DNA of 64,000 nucleotides from assembly GCA_964188305.1 (NCBI GenBank), contig OZ076893.1; one strand, 5' to 3'. This document shows positions 62,548 to 64,000 of this stretch, one piece after another. Within the stretch, counting starts at the first letter, position 1. Every line of letters starts with the position of its first letter. Below the pieces are notes generated by a model. That model saw only the letters and a list, made by a program, of their open reading frames with translations, searched no databases and was not told where the DNA came from. This DNA is from Podarcis bocagei (taxonomy: Eukaryota). The position numbers were made by a program, and so were the translations under genes.

Positions 62548-64000
62548 GAGTTCTGCATTGGTGTGTACTGAAGCCTACTGTTTTCCTTTTTTGCCTTGTT
62601 CCCTTCTTATCCTTGTTCAAAGGTTCCAGCCTCCTCTCCCTGGCACTTCAGTCTTAGTCTACTCCGTCCCTCATTTTCCGTAGGGGAAGGAAAGATGAGA
62701 ATGTGCCACTGACTACCAGACCGCAGGTTCTTAGTAATATTCTCAAGTCTCCTCTCTTTGAACCTGTTAACTGTTTAGCAACAAAGGAAGACAAGAATCA
62801 CACACCTCAGGCCAGAGGCTGCCTACTGACCACTCCTGCTATTCTCTTACTTTTCTCAACTAGAACTGTTGTATGACTGAATTGAATGAGAAGTTATTGC
62901 ATCCCCCCTCAATCATTCTTTTTTCCCCTTCTTATTTCTGCAGCACCTGTCCTGCATACATGCTTCCCTTCAGAAAGTGGAGGCCTGTCCATTAGGGTGA
63001 ATGGCAATGCCCCACCTGCCTGCCTTCTTAGAACTAGTTCTGAGGGGTGGTGGGTTCTGCCTAGCTAGAGAATCCAGCTATTAGCCCTTTAAAAATCAGT
63101 CTGTACAATCCAGATCACCTTTAGTATTCTCTCACTATGTGTTCCATTATATTTGTGCTCCTACTATATTAATTTTATATCTGAATAAAAAGGTTAAGCA
63201 TTTAACACACTTTAAGCATCAGTGACTAAATTCCTTAATACGTCTATTAACATGAAAACAAACAGTTAAAGGTGTGAAAAGCCGACTTCATTTGGCACCA
63301 AGCAATAAAAACAATTTAAAAGATTCTTTACAGCAGACATGCACTGTTTATTCTCAGAATTACCATGACTGATTAACAGAGTGCGCTGGAAAGCTATGAA
63401 AACATCTCCTTTTTTGCATTCCTGTGATTGCTTCAATGGCTTAAATATTTCTGTGTCAGCAATTAGCAGTAGCTATGTTACATTAATCCAGCAGATTTCT
63501 GATGTAGCACATTCGAAGAACAGAGATAATAGAGAATCATTTGTTTAAACCTCGGGATTAGCCCAAGCTCTATCACACTATAGCATGTCATTATCAGCAA
63601 TGGTATTAGGGCTGCAGGAAAAGGCAGTCTGGGGATAAAATGTCATAATAAATCAGTTAAGGATCTAAGAGGCCTTCATACTTTTTATCTGCTTGGCAAT
63701 ACTCTACAATCAGTGTTAAATCTAATACAAGAATTTAGATAGATGGGTGGACAAACAGACATACAGTGGCCACAATCAGTTCTAACAACTCCTCCTAAAC
63801 AAATTATCATTCTTCTAGGTATAGGAAAGGATGGTGGCATCTGTCTCCCTTGGGAGACAATGAAATAGTGCGCCTTCTGGGGCAAGGTCAAACCATGGGA
63901 GAATTACAGTGCCTGCTGTGGTTGTACAGACTGATAAGGGTGAGACATGTTTTGTTGCAGCTGAGGCAGATTAAGGCATCCAGTTCTGCTGATGCAGGTG

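Noticed and set aside
62459-62683. Poly-Ser and poly-Leu (signal-peptide-like) ORFs
   Set aside because: Produced by the (CTT)n microsatellite.

Overview
Non-coding vertebrate genomic DNA, almost certainly a squamate and probably a lacertid lizard, inferred from a Podarcis-type Sauria SINE together with BovB, CR1, L2, L1, RTE, Penelope and pogo/Tigger, Tc2-like and hAT MITEs. I cannot identify any host protein-coding gene. The informative ORFs in the track are decayed retroelement fragments, one ORF inside an LTR, or chance ORFs. A few splice-competent minus-strand exon candidates are listed only as weak leads, so the window is either a large intron or intergenic. Most notable: (1) Two independent ~210 bp Penelope-like fold-back insertions (41039-41253, 57822-58026), each with a 12-bp target-site duplication (TSD), whose palindrome centre lies at the 5' edge of a minimal type I hammerhead ribozyme; the hammerhead motif is complete on the minus strand at 41091-41130. 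(2) An RTE LINE sitting in a GATA microsatellite with a ~180 bp inverted duplication of host flank and template-switch scars at its 5' end (56553-57005). (3) A solo LTR (43227-43794) filled by a 122-aa acidic ORF. (4) Clusters of PBX/MEIS/HOX motifs in repeat-free DNA that may be developmental enhancers. Repeat family names come from my recollection of consensus sequences and protein motifs, not from a database search.
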